A stretch of DNA of 64,000 nucleotides from assembly GCF_006345805.1 (NCBI RefSeq), contig NC_043004.1:93620001-93684000 (forward strand), read 5' to 3'. The notes beneath the pieces are model-generated. The model was given only the letters and a program-made list of their open reading frames with translations, searched no databases and was not told the DNA's origin. The stretch comes from Octopus sinensis. Its lineage: Eukaryota. The translations under genes were made by a program, and so were the position numbers. Of this stretch, positions 1-11,589 are shown one piece after another. Positions within the stretch are counted from its first letter, which is position 1. Each line of letters begins with the position of its first letter.

Positions 1-664
1 TCATCTGTACTACTAATAATAATAATTTCTAACATAGGCACTAAGCCATGAATTTAGAGGAGAGATTTGTGAATAAAATCAATGTAGTTCTTGAGTGATG
101 ATTTATTTTATTGACTACAAAACAAAAGGATGAAAAATAAAGTAAACTTTAACATGATTTGAATTTAAAATTGAGTCTTTTTGATTCTAACGCACTTGAA
201 ACTGCTCCTGGTTCTATGATTCAAACTCCTAGTTTTAAAATGATCTTAAAAATGCTTCCATCAGAATTTCATGTCACTTTATGTTCAAACTCCAGCTTAA
301 TAACGACAAAGTCATTTTCATTAACTCTGTTAGTTTCAAAATTAATTGAAACAAACAAAGGTTGTGGTATTTCAACAGAAATATTGTAACAAAAAAAAAA
401 AAAAAGTAAAATGTATGTAACTAAATAATGGCTTGAAATTTTGGCAAAAGGCCAGCAACTTCAGGCAGAAATCGATTACACTGATCCCAGTAGTCAACTG
501 GTACTTATTTTATCGACTTTCCTCCCACAAAAGGATGAAAGGTAAAGTTGAACTTGGTGAAATTTGAACTCAGTATGTAAAGACAGACGAAATACTGTTA
601 AGCATTTTGCCTGGCATGGTAATGATTCTGCCAGCTCACCACCTTTATGTAACTAAATATTATA

Positions 665-1205
665 AGGCACGTGGATCAGTTGTTGGAGCAACAGGCTCAC
701 AATCATGAGGTAGTGAGTTCAATTTCCAGACCAGGCTTTAGTATTGCTCTTTACTTTACGTTGCTCCAGTTCATTCAGCTATAGAAATTAGTTCATAAAA
801 AGCACCATCCGATCGTGGCTGTTTGCCAGCCTCGTCTGGCACCTGTGCCGGTGGAACGTAAAAAGCACCCACTACACTCACGGAGTGGTTGGCGTTAGGA
901 AGGGCATCCAGCCGTAGAAACATTGCCAGATCAGACTGGGCCTGGTGCAGCCTTCTGGCTTCCCAGACCCCAGTTGAAGCGTCCAACCCATGCTAGCATG
1001 GAAAGCAGACGCTAAACGATGATGATGTCACTGGTGCCAAGCTGTATCGGCCTTTGCCTTTCCCTTTGGTGGTGCGGAGAGGGGAGGTTGGTATGCATGG
1101 ACGACTTCCGGTCTTCCATAAACAACCTTGCCCGGACTTATACCTTGGAGTGGGAACTTTCTAGGTGCAATCCTATGGTCATTCGTGACCGAAGGAGGTC
1201 TTTAT
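665..1205 (+). mobile_element. tRNA-derived SINE (B-related head, different tail) interrupted at about 795-1026 by an RTE-like 3' UTR fragment
   Basis: tRNA-like head at about 665-735; an uninterrupted reverse copy lies at about 32130-32450. Confidence 0.7.
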
Positions 1206-1687
1206 TTAGGGATGGGGTGGTGACAAAACCATTACAGTAACTTAATGACATTAATACATGAACAGCAACAAACATTAACAAACAAGAAAGACACAAACTA
1301 TAAAGTCACAAAATATACATAACACTCATCCACCCCACCCACACGTCAAATTATTTAGTAAAAATAGTTTATAAAAACCGACACAACGATGATGATGATG
1401 GTGATGATGACGATGATAATTACAATGGTTTCTTACACAGCAAGGCCACAAATCCTGAGGGAGGGGTACCGTTGATTTAATCAACACTAATATTTTGATT
1501 AGTATTTCTTTTATTAACGAAGGGAAAGATGGAAATAAATCAACCTTGACAGGATTTGAACTTAAAATGTAAACTAAACACCGCAAGGTTTATTTTCTCC
1601 ATCCTTCCCTGGAAGTTCACCATTAATGAATAATAGTTAATTATAGTCACAATAATAATAATAATAAAAGAAAACAAACAAGAAATG

Positions 1688-1725
<38 letters not shown>

Positions 1726-2367
1726 CAAAGACTAAAATAGAAAAACGGTTTAATGTTATCAGTAAAAAACAAAAATAAATTTCTTTCATAAAAATAGATT
1801 TTGTTAATTACGAATTCAAATGAATCAAAGCAGACATGCAAAAGAAGAATTTAAAAGAAAAAGAAATGAGCAGATCTAATGTTAGTGGTGACTTGTCTCT
1901 ATATGTTTATCAAGAAGCCTGTTGAGTCAATTGAAAAATTAGGTTAGTAAAGAAGAGCAATATTGAAGATGCTTGACAAACAGAAGACATTGAAACAAAA
2001 AGAGACAGAGAGAGAGAGAAAGACTGAGGGAAAGAGAGCGAGAGAGAGAGAGAGAGAGTAGTAGTAGTATACAGATGAAAAAAAAAGAAAAAAAAAACAC
2101 AGAAACAAAGAATAAGTAAACGAGACAGAATTATTTCTTAGAGTAAAAGCAGAACAAACAACTGAGAAAGCGTTAGCATCATCACTGTCATGGTAGTTGA
2201 CAAAGATGGAGACAAAGAAATTAAATATATACAAATAAATAAAAAGACACTACAGTTTGGAATAGCTTTGCACACAGAACAGGCTTGCAATGTTATAAGA
2301 GAAATGAAATATTTATGCAAATTATTTTCAAGCATGCACTTCCATACATGCACATATATGGTGTATG

Positions 2368-2441
<74 letters not shown>

Positions 2442-2635
2442 TTCATATGCTTTTGTATAATTGGCAATTAGTACATAAAATAAGCAAATTTTAGCAGACA
2501 AGTAACTTAGTCCTATATATATGAGCTATGTTGAAATTGTCTTAAAATCCGCATGATAAATGTGATGGAAACTTATTACAAAAAAAAAAGAAAAATAAAC
2601 TTGAATGACCATGGTTCAAAACCAAGTTTTAGCCA

Positions 2636-2670
<35 letters not shown>

Positions 2671-3077
2671 ATAATATAATATTAGGGAGTAATCCAAACT
2701 TACAGGGAAAAATTAGAGTTAGGAGGATTTAATCCAATTTATCTTTAATTTAATATATATATATATATATACAACCATACATATATATATATATATATAT
2801 ATTGAATTAAACAATGGATTATGATGTTGATTTCAAAAGAAAATGCATAATAAACAATAAATGATATTACCACGATAAAAAATATATACGTATATCTTTA
2901 TATCCTACTTAACATGGATTTACTGTTAGAATGCCGTATTACTAGGAATTAGCCTTGAGAGATCCTCTCATATAGACATGTAGGTCTGAAAAGCACAAGC
3001 ACTCTACATCTATATGGGAAGATCTCTCAAGGCAAATACTGCAGTATCATTGTGTCCTAACAATACATTCATGTTAA

Positions 3078-3755
3078 CCCTTTTGATACCAACCCAGCAG
3101 AAACTGCGTCTGGCTCTGTAGTACAAATTGTAGTTCTAAGTAAAGCATTTATTTACAACCTGATTTATTGCTGTGGTTTCATTGGTGTGAATGTGTACTC
3201 ATATTTGTGTGCATTATGTAAGCAGATCCGGTTGATAAAGGTTCATATCCCATTTGAGCATATTCTTATATATAAAAGTGAGGTTGTGTGCGTCTGTCTC
3301 TACGATTAGATTCACAACTACTCCCACAATTTGCGGTGCAGTTTAGCCAAAAACAGGATCTTATAGTCATGATTCATATCGAGCCCTTCTGGGTATTAGC
3401 GCATCTACGATGAGTCTACGATTTAAAAAAATTACCATCATTTTTCCCATTTTTTAATGCATTTTTGGCATATATAAGGGAAGTAGCTCTCTAAAAATTT
3501 ATTATTAAATCTCAGAACGTAAAAAGCTACAGTAACACCCCCCCTTTGTGGTTAGCCATATTGAGATGGCTATTATACTTTACATCTTGTAGTTCAAAAG
3601 TTGTGAATTAGAATCTTCCACCAAACCTTACTCACAATTTATGTTCCTAACGCTAGCATAATGATAACTAAATTATTTTATTAAATTCTTTGCTATGCTT
3701 AAAATTAATTGAAAAAAATACAGAGCATCTCAACAGAAATATGGTAACAAAAGGG
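3078..3755. mobile_element. piggyBac-like MITE (family 2) interrupted by a 465-bp inverted duplication
   Basis: TTAA|CCCTTT...AAAGGG|TTAA; outer parts match 9642-9851. Confidence 0.75.
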
Positions 3756-4233
3756 TTAAGTAGAGTATAAAGATTACCATTCAGTATTAATACAGCTTCT
3801 ATGTATATACAGCTGAAAAACATCATGCTAAAGCAGACCACACTAGTGCAGGTACCAGGTACCACATAAGAGGCACCCAGTCCACTCTGTAAAGTAGTGG
3901 GCATTAGGAAGGGCATCCAGAAATAAAAATCCAAAATACACAGTGGAACTTGGTGCAGTGCACTGGCTTACCAGCTTCTGTCAAACCATTCAACTCAAGC
4001 CAGCATAGAAGAAGGATGTTAAATGATGATGATACATGTGTATTTGTTTTTACGTTAAAGTTACAGCAAAAACAATTGCACATTAGACTGAAGGATTACT
4101 CAGTACTTTTTGTAGAGTACAGATTTATTATTATTACTTAACAAGAATGATATTGATAGTGACTTTGAAGCTTCAGCCAGCTAGGCCATCATTGAACTGT
4201 CCAATGATGGCATAACTAACTGAAATTTTCATT

Positions 4234-4272
<39 letters not shown>

Positions 4273-4861
4273 TTAACTTTAATGTCAGTCAGTGTTAAAG
4301 AATTAGGAAATATAACATACCCATTCTAAATTATGTGTGTGTGTGTGTAACTATATCACACACACACAAATATCATGTGAGCAATTGACAAGCACTTGTT
4401 ACTGAAAAAGCTAGCAATTTTACATCATTGAAGTTTAGAAGAGAACCTATTTGTATGATAGTGTGTTACAGAAGAACTTTCTGGCAATGTCATTCATGTG
4501 ATGCAAACCTGATGTTAGCAAGATTACAGAGAATGAAACTAGGGGTCATTAGTAGTAAAGGTCCTAAAATTGTAAGAAGATTAAGTAGAACCCTCAGACA
4601 GGAATAAAACTCTGAGTAAAACACCTAATCAAGAACTGGTGAGACCTCCTGTAGTTGATGATGTCCAGATAGTGGCAGTGTGTATGTGTGTGTTTGTGTA
4701 TGTGAGGGGTTTCCTGTGGGTTGAGCTGCAAACACAAAGCAATTACCACATGCAGCCCTTTATCAAAACCTGGATCAGTAACTAATGCAGGCCAGGATAA
4801 TTAGGGGACTCTCATCCAAAATGAATCTCACATGTATTCTTACACTCCTACACACACACAT

Positions 4862-5008
<147 letters not shown>

Positions 5009-5641
5009 TGTGACTGTCTGTGTCTATGGTCTGCACAGAAATGATAACAACAGTGGATATGGAGTAATGAACAGGTAGTTCAAAACTTTATCCAGTAAGT
5101 GATTGTGCTCTAGAAGTATAGATGAGATACTGATCATACAATTATTTCTTCAAACATAAGGAGTAACTGTAGCAAACCTTTATATATATCTGAATATATT
5201 ATATGAGTTGCTGAGTTATCAGAAGAAGACAATTTTTTGATAGAACCTCCAAGACTAGTGGAGAGAAAATTAAGAAAAGATCCAAACTCAGACTAGAGAA
5301 CTGGCCCTAATATTTGAAACAAAGGGGATTTCACTAAGGCACCCACTGACAGGTGGTTGTTAAACCAGGAGAAAGATTAAATATTTGGTCCAAGAACAGG
5401 TGCAATTTATTTGCTGAAATTCCATGTGGTTTCTATCAACTCAATGTTATTCAAGAAGTCTGAAATGATCCAAGATATGGTGGAAGACACCTTCCTAAGG
5501 TGTCACAGAATGGGATGGAACTTGGAATCACTAGATTGTGAAGTAGACTTCTTAAGGTGTTGCACACTGGGATCAAACCTGGAACCAAAGATATAACTGC
5601 AAAGGAAGCCTCTTAAGCATATGGAAGTGATTTAGAAGTGA

Positions 5642-6037
5642 CAAGCAGTATCGCCCGGCGTTGCTCGGGTTTGTAAGGGAAATAACTATATAAGCATTTT
5701 TAGAGATGTAAAGTATAATAGCCATCTCAATATGGCTAACCACAAAGGGTGGGGTGTTACTGTAGCTTTTTACGTTCTGAGATTTAATAATAAATTTTTA
5801 GAGAGCTACTTCCCTTATATATGCCAAAAATGCATTAAAAAATGGGAAAAATTGATGGTAAATTTTTTTAAATCGTAGACTCATCGTAGATGTGCGCTAA
5901 TACCCAGAAGGGCTCGATATGAATCATGACTATAAGATACCTGGTTTTGGCTAAACTGCACCGCAAAATGTGGGAGTAGTTAGGAATCTAAATCGTAGGA
6001 GACAGACAGCACACAACCTCACTTTTATATATAAAGA
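5642..6037 (-). mobile_element. Non-autonomous Helitron, same family as 43776-44177
   Basis: Shares both termini and much internal sequence with the 43776 copy; 3' end reads CTTG rather than CTAG. Confidence 0.78.
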
Positions 6038-7048
6038 TATGACTCAAATGGGATATGAACCTTTATCACAGGATCTGCTTACATAATGCACACAAATATG
6101 AGTACACATTCACACCAATGAAACCACAGCAATAAATCAGGTTGTAAATAAATGCTTTACTTAGAACTACAATTTGTCCATCACTCTTTCTCTCCCTCTC
6201 TCTCCCACACACATACACATACGCACGCACAGAATCCATCATAACTACAAGGAGGAATGAAAAAAGAAAGACTGGCTTCGGTTAGTAACATAGAGGGGAA
6301 CGATGGGAGAGACTACAAAGTTGGCAATTGACTAGAAAACTACAAAACATTATCAATACACTAAAGAAACAACAAACAAGAGACAGACTAACTAATCAAC
6401 AACACTATTCTATAGTAAGTACCAACTCTATATTATCAACATACACTAATTAGTTCTAGCTGCTTTCATATATATTTTGTTCTTGCTTGCTTTGCCTTCC
6501 AAATCCATATCTAAACCAAACCAACAAAATATGATAACCACAGAACTTGCAGACAATTTGGGTTTTATACTTTGGAACTTATGATTACAGTGGAACTTAT
6601 AGATGATCAATGCTTGCATTTTTGAATAATACTTTGAAACAAGATTATTTTGTATTTTGACAATGAAACCAAAAGAATAAAAAAAAGCTCTATAATGTAA
6701 TCAGTAAGCTATTACCCATCACCAAAGAAAAAAAATATGGCAAAAAAAAAACAACAAAAAAAAAACTGATTCGGTTTAAATAGCAGAATGGCTTTTAGAG
6801 ATAATGTTATATTTTGTACATTTTTAGTATACCTGTCTGCTTTATATTGATTGCAAACATAATAAATATTTAGATTAAATAAGACTTAATGATAGCGGAG
6901 TCATTTATCAATTTAACAATGAAAGCAGGCAGAATTTAAAAAAAAAAAGCTAATAATCATAATAATAATAATTTTTTTATTAAAAAATAAATAATAATAT
7001 ATTGATCTAGCATAATCTTAGCAGCAGACATTTGTACTTAATGCTTAC

Positions 7049-7060
7049 CTCATTGGGAGT
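7049..7060 (-). CDS. Candidate 12-nt microexon (TPNE)
   Basis: CATTTTTGCAG|ACTCCCAATGAG|GTAAGC; phase 0-0, no stop. Confidence 0.55.
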
Positions 7061-7725
7061 CTGCAAAAATGGAATTTTGAAGAACAATGAGAATAGATAA
7101 GACTGATACATCTAAATTATGTTATGCAGATACTTGCGTGTGTGTGTGTGTGTGTGTCTTTCTGGTGACTGATTCTTCAAACAGACTCTCACTAAAATGA
7201 TTTAATACAATATTAAATTCTAAATAGTGTTCTACTAATTTCTTTCTTTTTCTTTAGATACATACATACCACTGACATATATGCCTACTGTTTTAGTGGA
7301 GTAAAAAAGGGCAAGTGGAATAGGGTGCTTTGGCAAAGAGTGTGGCATATATGTGTTACCTGAGGATCAGAAACTTGAAGCTAAAAATTCTAATTTGTGA
7401 TATTTCCACTTCAAAATATATCTATAAACCCTATTTCTTTTTTTTTGATTGAGTATTTTTTATTGTGTTCGTAAACACAAAATGTTTTTATGTGTGTGTG
7501 TGCATGTGTGAGGGAGATTTTGCTGCTACTTCTAGCAAGTTGAATGACCACATAGAGGTTCTCTAATTGATTTGTGATACATCATTCAAATCAATACTGC
7601 ATAGTATCAACATGTCTTGCCATATCTGTTACACTTTTTGTCTTCTCTTACTAATTCGGTTAGATATAGCTGTGCTGGAGTCCTGCTTTATTTAATCCAT
7701 TTTTAAATAAAGATATTACCTTTAA

Positions 7726-7945
7726 CCCTTTGGTGTTCAAATTTCTCTATTAAATGTAATACTTTTTCACTGAAATCGTTTTGAATTAACCATGCATTAT
7801 GTTATAGCTTTGAGGTTTCAATGATATGATTGTTTATTTTTAGAGTGTCACTATAGGTTAGGTGTGAGAGGCTAGATATGGCCAGTTTGAATATAAAACA
7901 TGTAGAATATTTGGGCCGGATATGGCCGGTTTAAACACTAAAGGG
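7726..7945. mobile_element. piggyBac-like MITE (family 1)
   Basis: TTAA|CCCTTT...AAAGGG|TTAA, 220 bp; related to 29392-29613, 35750-35969 and 39753-39973. Confidence 0.8.
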
Positions 7946-7999
7946 TTAAACAATATTATAACACTATAATATTTAAATTACGATAAATGTAAACAAAAT

Positions 8000-8370
8000 T
8001 TTGCTTTTAGAAGCACTGAGATGTATTGAAAGGTACAGATAAAGAAATAATTTATTCTCAAATGCAGAATAAGTACTTTACTATTAAGCTAAATGGCTCA
8101 CTGACAAATTAATCTGCAATTTTAGAACTTATAAATCTAGCTCTATAAGATGCTGTGTGTTAAATTCAAATTATGATGAATGTAATCATTTTACTTTTAG
8201 AAGCACTGAGATGTATTGAAAGATACAGATAAAGAAATAATTTATTCTCGAACGTAGAATAATGCTGAAAGAACAACAGGGACAGTATAAAATATCCATA
8301 TTTTGCAGAAAAATTGTCAGCGGCCACCCATGAGACTCAAACTCACATCCCTGTGATTACCAGTCAAGTG

Positions 8371-8403
<33 letters not shown>

Positions 8404-8790
8404 ATATGATATTTTATACTGCTCCTGCTGTTCTGTCAGCATTATTCCTAGGTCCGAGAATAAATCATTTCTTTATCTGTATCTTTCAATACATCTCAGT
8501 GCTTCTAAAAGCAAACTTTGCTTGTTTTCATTTATCATAATTTGAATTTAACATACAGTGTCTTATAAAGCTAGATTTATAATTTCAAAAATTGCAGGTT
8601 AATTTGTCAGTGGGCAGTTTAGCTTAATGGTAAAGCACTTGACCAGTAATCACAGGGATGTAAGTTCGAATCTCATGGCTGGCCACTGACAAATTTTCCT
8701 GCAAAATATAGATATTTTATCCTGTTTCTGCTGCTCTATCAGCATTATTCTACATTTGAGAATAGATTATTTCCTTACCTTTGTCTTTCA
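8000..8790. repeat. Head-to-head (fold-back) arrangement of a tRNA-containing repeat
   Basis: 8072-8306 is an imperfect reverse complement of about 8400-8640; TTTTAGAAGCACTGAGATGTATTGAAAG also repeats directly at about 8005 and 8195; a related fragment lies at 49571-49735. Confidence 0.85.
8612..8685 (+). pseudogene. tRNA-Thr-like sequence embedded in a repeat unit
   Basis: A-box-like TAGCTTAATGG, anticodon arm CTTGA-CC-AGT-AA-TCAC, T-loop GTTCGAATC, 3' end GGCTGGCCA; stems are imperfect. Confidence 0.6.
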
Positions 8791-9194
8791 CTATAATATT
8801 TCTAAAGGTGAGGAGAGGAAAGGACTACAGTTTCAGGATTAGTGTTTGTGTTTTAATAGTGAACATCAAGAATCTGCATTACATAATGGTTCTTGTTAAG
8901 AATTCTTTTACTAAATAAATGTGTATGAAAATATGTAATTCTACAATTTTACTTTCAGGTTCGCATTAAACAGTTTTGAAATTGATCAAAATTTTGGTTC
9001 TGAAATGGAATTTTAAAACACTTGATTGTCTTGGAAATAAAGATGAAAATATGATTATGTTTAAAGATTTATATTTTTTTCATAACCATGAAATAATGAT
9101 TCTAAACACATTGCAAATGATCAAAGCTATTCCAAACAGTAGCATGCAGGGTGTTCCTGTTTCTATCTGAGAAACACAAGAGATCAGATACCAT

Positions 9195-9231
<37 letters not shown>

Positions 9232-9346
9232 AGAGAGATCAAAATGTAGCAGAGGTGATGGTGGACTACATTCAGGTTTTGTAGAGAGAGAGAGAAAGAG
9301 ATAGATAGAGAGACAGAGAGAGAGAGAGATTGAGTGAGACACAAAC

Positions 9347-9385
9347 CTTGAGAGGAGTGGTAGCCTGCTCGAGAATGAAGCTTCC
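9347..9385 (-). CDS. Candidate 39-nt cassette exon (GSFILEQATTPLK)
   Basis: CTAATACTTTCCAG|GGAAGC...CTCAAG|GTTTGT; phase 0-0, no stop. Confidence 0.55.
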
Positions 9386-9641
9386 CTGGAAAGTATTAGG
9401 TCAATGTTTAAATCAGACCGTAAAGTATAGTCACAATGGAACAACAAGATAATGAGAAGATGGTCTAAGACAAGCAGTGAACCAAATGTTCCAACAATAA
9501 CCAATCTTTTCTTCCTCAGCTATAGTTAATCCTGCCTACCTCATACAGAATTTTAACATGCAATGCAGAAATCTATGAAAATCTTACATAGACATACCTA
9601 GAGACAGAAGCACACATACATACTCAACAAAATTTCTTTAA

Positions 9642-9851
9642 CCCTTTTGTTACTAACCCGGCTCTGGCTCTGTGGTAAAATGTCTTGTTTTCATAAGTTT
9701 TGAGTTAAAATCTTCCACCAAACCTTAGTCACAATTTATGTTTCTAACACTAGCTTAATGATAACTAATTTATTTTACTAAATTCTTTGTTATATTTAAA
9801 ATAATTGAAAGAAACGCAGAGCATCTCAAAATAAATACAGTAATGAAAGGG
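9642..9851. mobile_element. piggyBac-like MITE (family 2)
   Basis: TTAA|CCCTTT...AAAGGG|TTAA, 210 bp. Confidence 0.8.
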
Positions 9852-11577
9852 TTAAACATCTTTAAACCTGAACAGATAAAATCCTCGCAGGAGTGAATAC
9901 CATAACCAGTTATTTGAAGAATGAAAGAACATGTTTGTGTGTAACTGGAACAGTTGTCTATATGTCACTTTTGATTATCATTCAATGATCAGTATTAACT
10001 TGGATAGAAATATTCCATTTGCTAAAACTTAACATTTGAATATTGTTCCGATGTTACATTAAGAGCTGTTGTTCTTGCTACTGCCGTAATTCCAAGATGC
10101 ACCCCATATCTGACAGACAAGTCATCAAATAAATTCTAGTTTTGGCCATGCTGTCTTCAGTTACATAAAAGTATATCTATGACCGCATTATCCAGAGTAG
10201 TTTTCCTTTTTATTTTTAAGAAGGCAAGGCCTGATACCAAATGAGATTTGAATGATATCAACTATAAAATCTCTGAAATGTAAGTAAATGGACAGCAAAA
10301 AATGTAATGTGTGTGATATCATGATGGTTTCACTGTAGCAGTTGTTGGTTAGCCCCTGATCAATTCTGATCAAGCAAACTTATGATTAAAGCAGTGACCA
10401 TACTGTCTTTTTCAGCTTTTTTAAACATGTGTAACAATGACATTATCCAATGTGTCCTTCCATAATGCTTAAAGACAGCATCATGTGATTTCAGTGAGAT
10501 TTAGTTGCTATCTCTAGGTGGTTGGGTCATCACATAGAGACTCTGACATTAGCTTGTTACAACGATGCTTTTCTTTTTTAAGTGCTTGCAACAGGTGATC
10601 TTTTTATGGCTGGATGCTGTTTTAATTGCATGGAAAGGGGCAAGTAGAATATCATGCCTTGTCTGTAGGGGGTGACAATGCAATGGGTGTAGCAAGATTT
10701 AAGTAATCACCAAGTAGGCAGCAATTTATGAATTGGCCGCGGCCTTCGGGCTAAAACATTTTTAGGGATTTAAGGATATAATGATGATAATGATTGCGAT
10801 AGTAACATATAAAACACATGAAAGACTTGTGTATATATGTGGAGAATGTGTGCCATATGTAGAAGATATACATATATGTCATCTTCCTACTCCTTGTTGG
10901 TGAAGGTGTGTGGCTTAGTGGTTGGGGCATTCAGCTCACGATTGCATGGTTGTGAGTTCAGTTCCTGGCGACATGTTATGTCCTTGAGCAAGACACTTTA
11001 TTTCACATTGCTCCAGTCCACTCAGTTGGCAAAAATGATTAGTACCTGTATTTCAAAAGGCCAGCTGTGTCACATTCTGTGTCATGCTAAATCTCTCTGA
11101 GAACCACATTAAGGGTACATGTACCTGTCGAGTGCCATATTCATGTTAATTTCACAAGCGGGCTGTTCCATTGATCGGATCAGCTGGAACCCTCATCGTT
11201 GTAACCGATGGGGTGCCAGTTATTCCTTGTCACTATCATCATTTTCTCCATTTCTATTGCATGAATTGTTTAGTTCTGTTTCAGTACAGGAACAGGATCT
11301 CAGTACTGGTCATAGTCCTTCAATATGAAAATATGTATACAGATATCTTTTTCTCTCTCTCTCTCTCTCTCTCTGGTTTCATTCAATGTAAGTCCTATGT
11401 GAGGAATTCTAGGAAATATATCTAAAAGGAAGATTATAAGATAGACAAATGTATCTAAAAGGAAGATTGTAAGATAGACAAGTTGCAACATTCATGCCGT
11501 TCCTATTTAACTAAAATCGTCTAAACTAGGAGTATCAAAGCCAGTTTATGGCTTTAACTCATCAAGGACTTACTTAC

Positions 11578-11589
11578 CAGTGACACCAT
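11578..11589 (-). CDS. Candidate 12-nt microexon (MVSL)
   Basis: TACTTTTATAG|ATGGTGTCACTG|GTAAGT; phase 0-0, no stop. Confidence 0.5.

Noticed and set aside
771-986. Recurring ORFs of the type [23 protein letters not shown] (also near 22290, 28358, 37014, 43059, 47460, 62381, 63260)
   Set aside because: They are antisense readings of the family C repeat, not a protein family.
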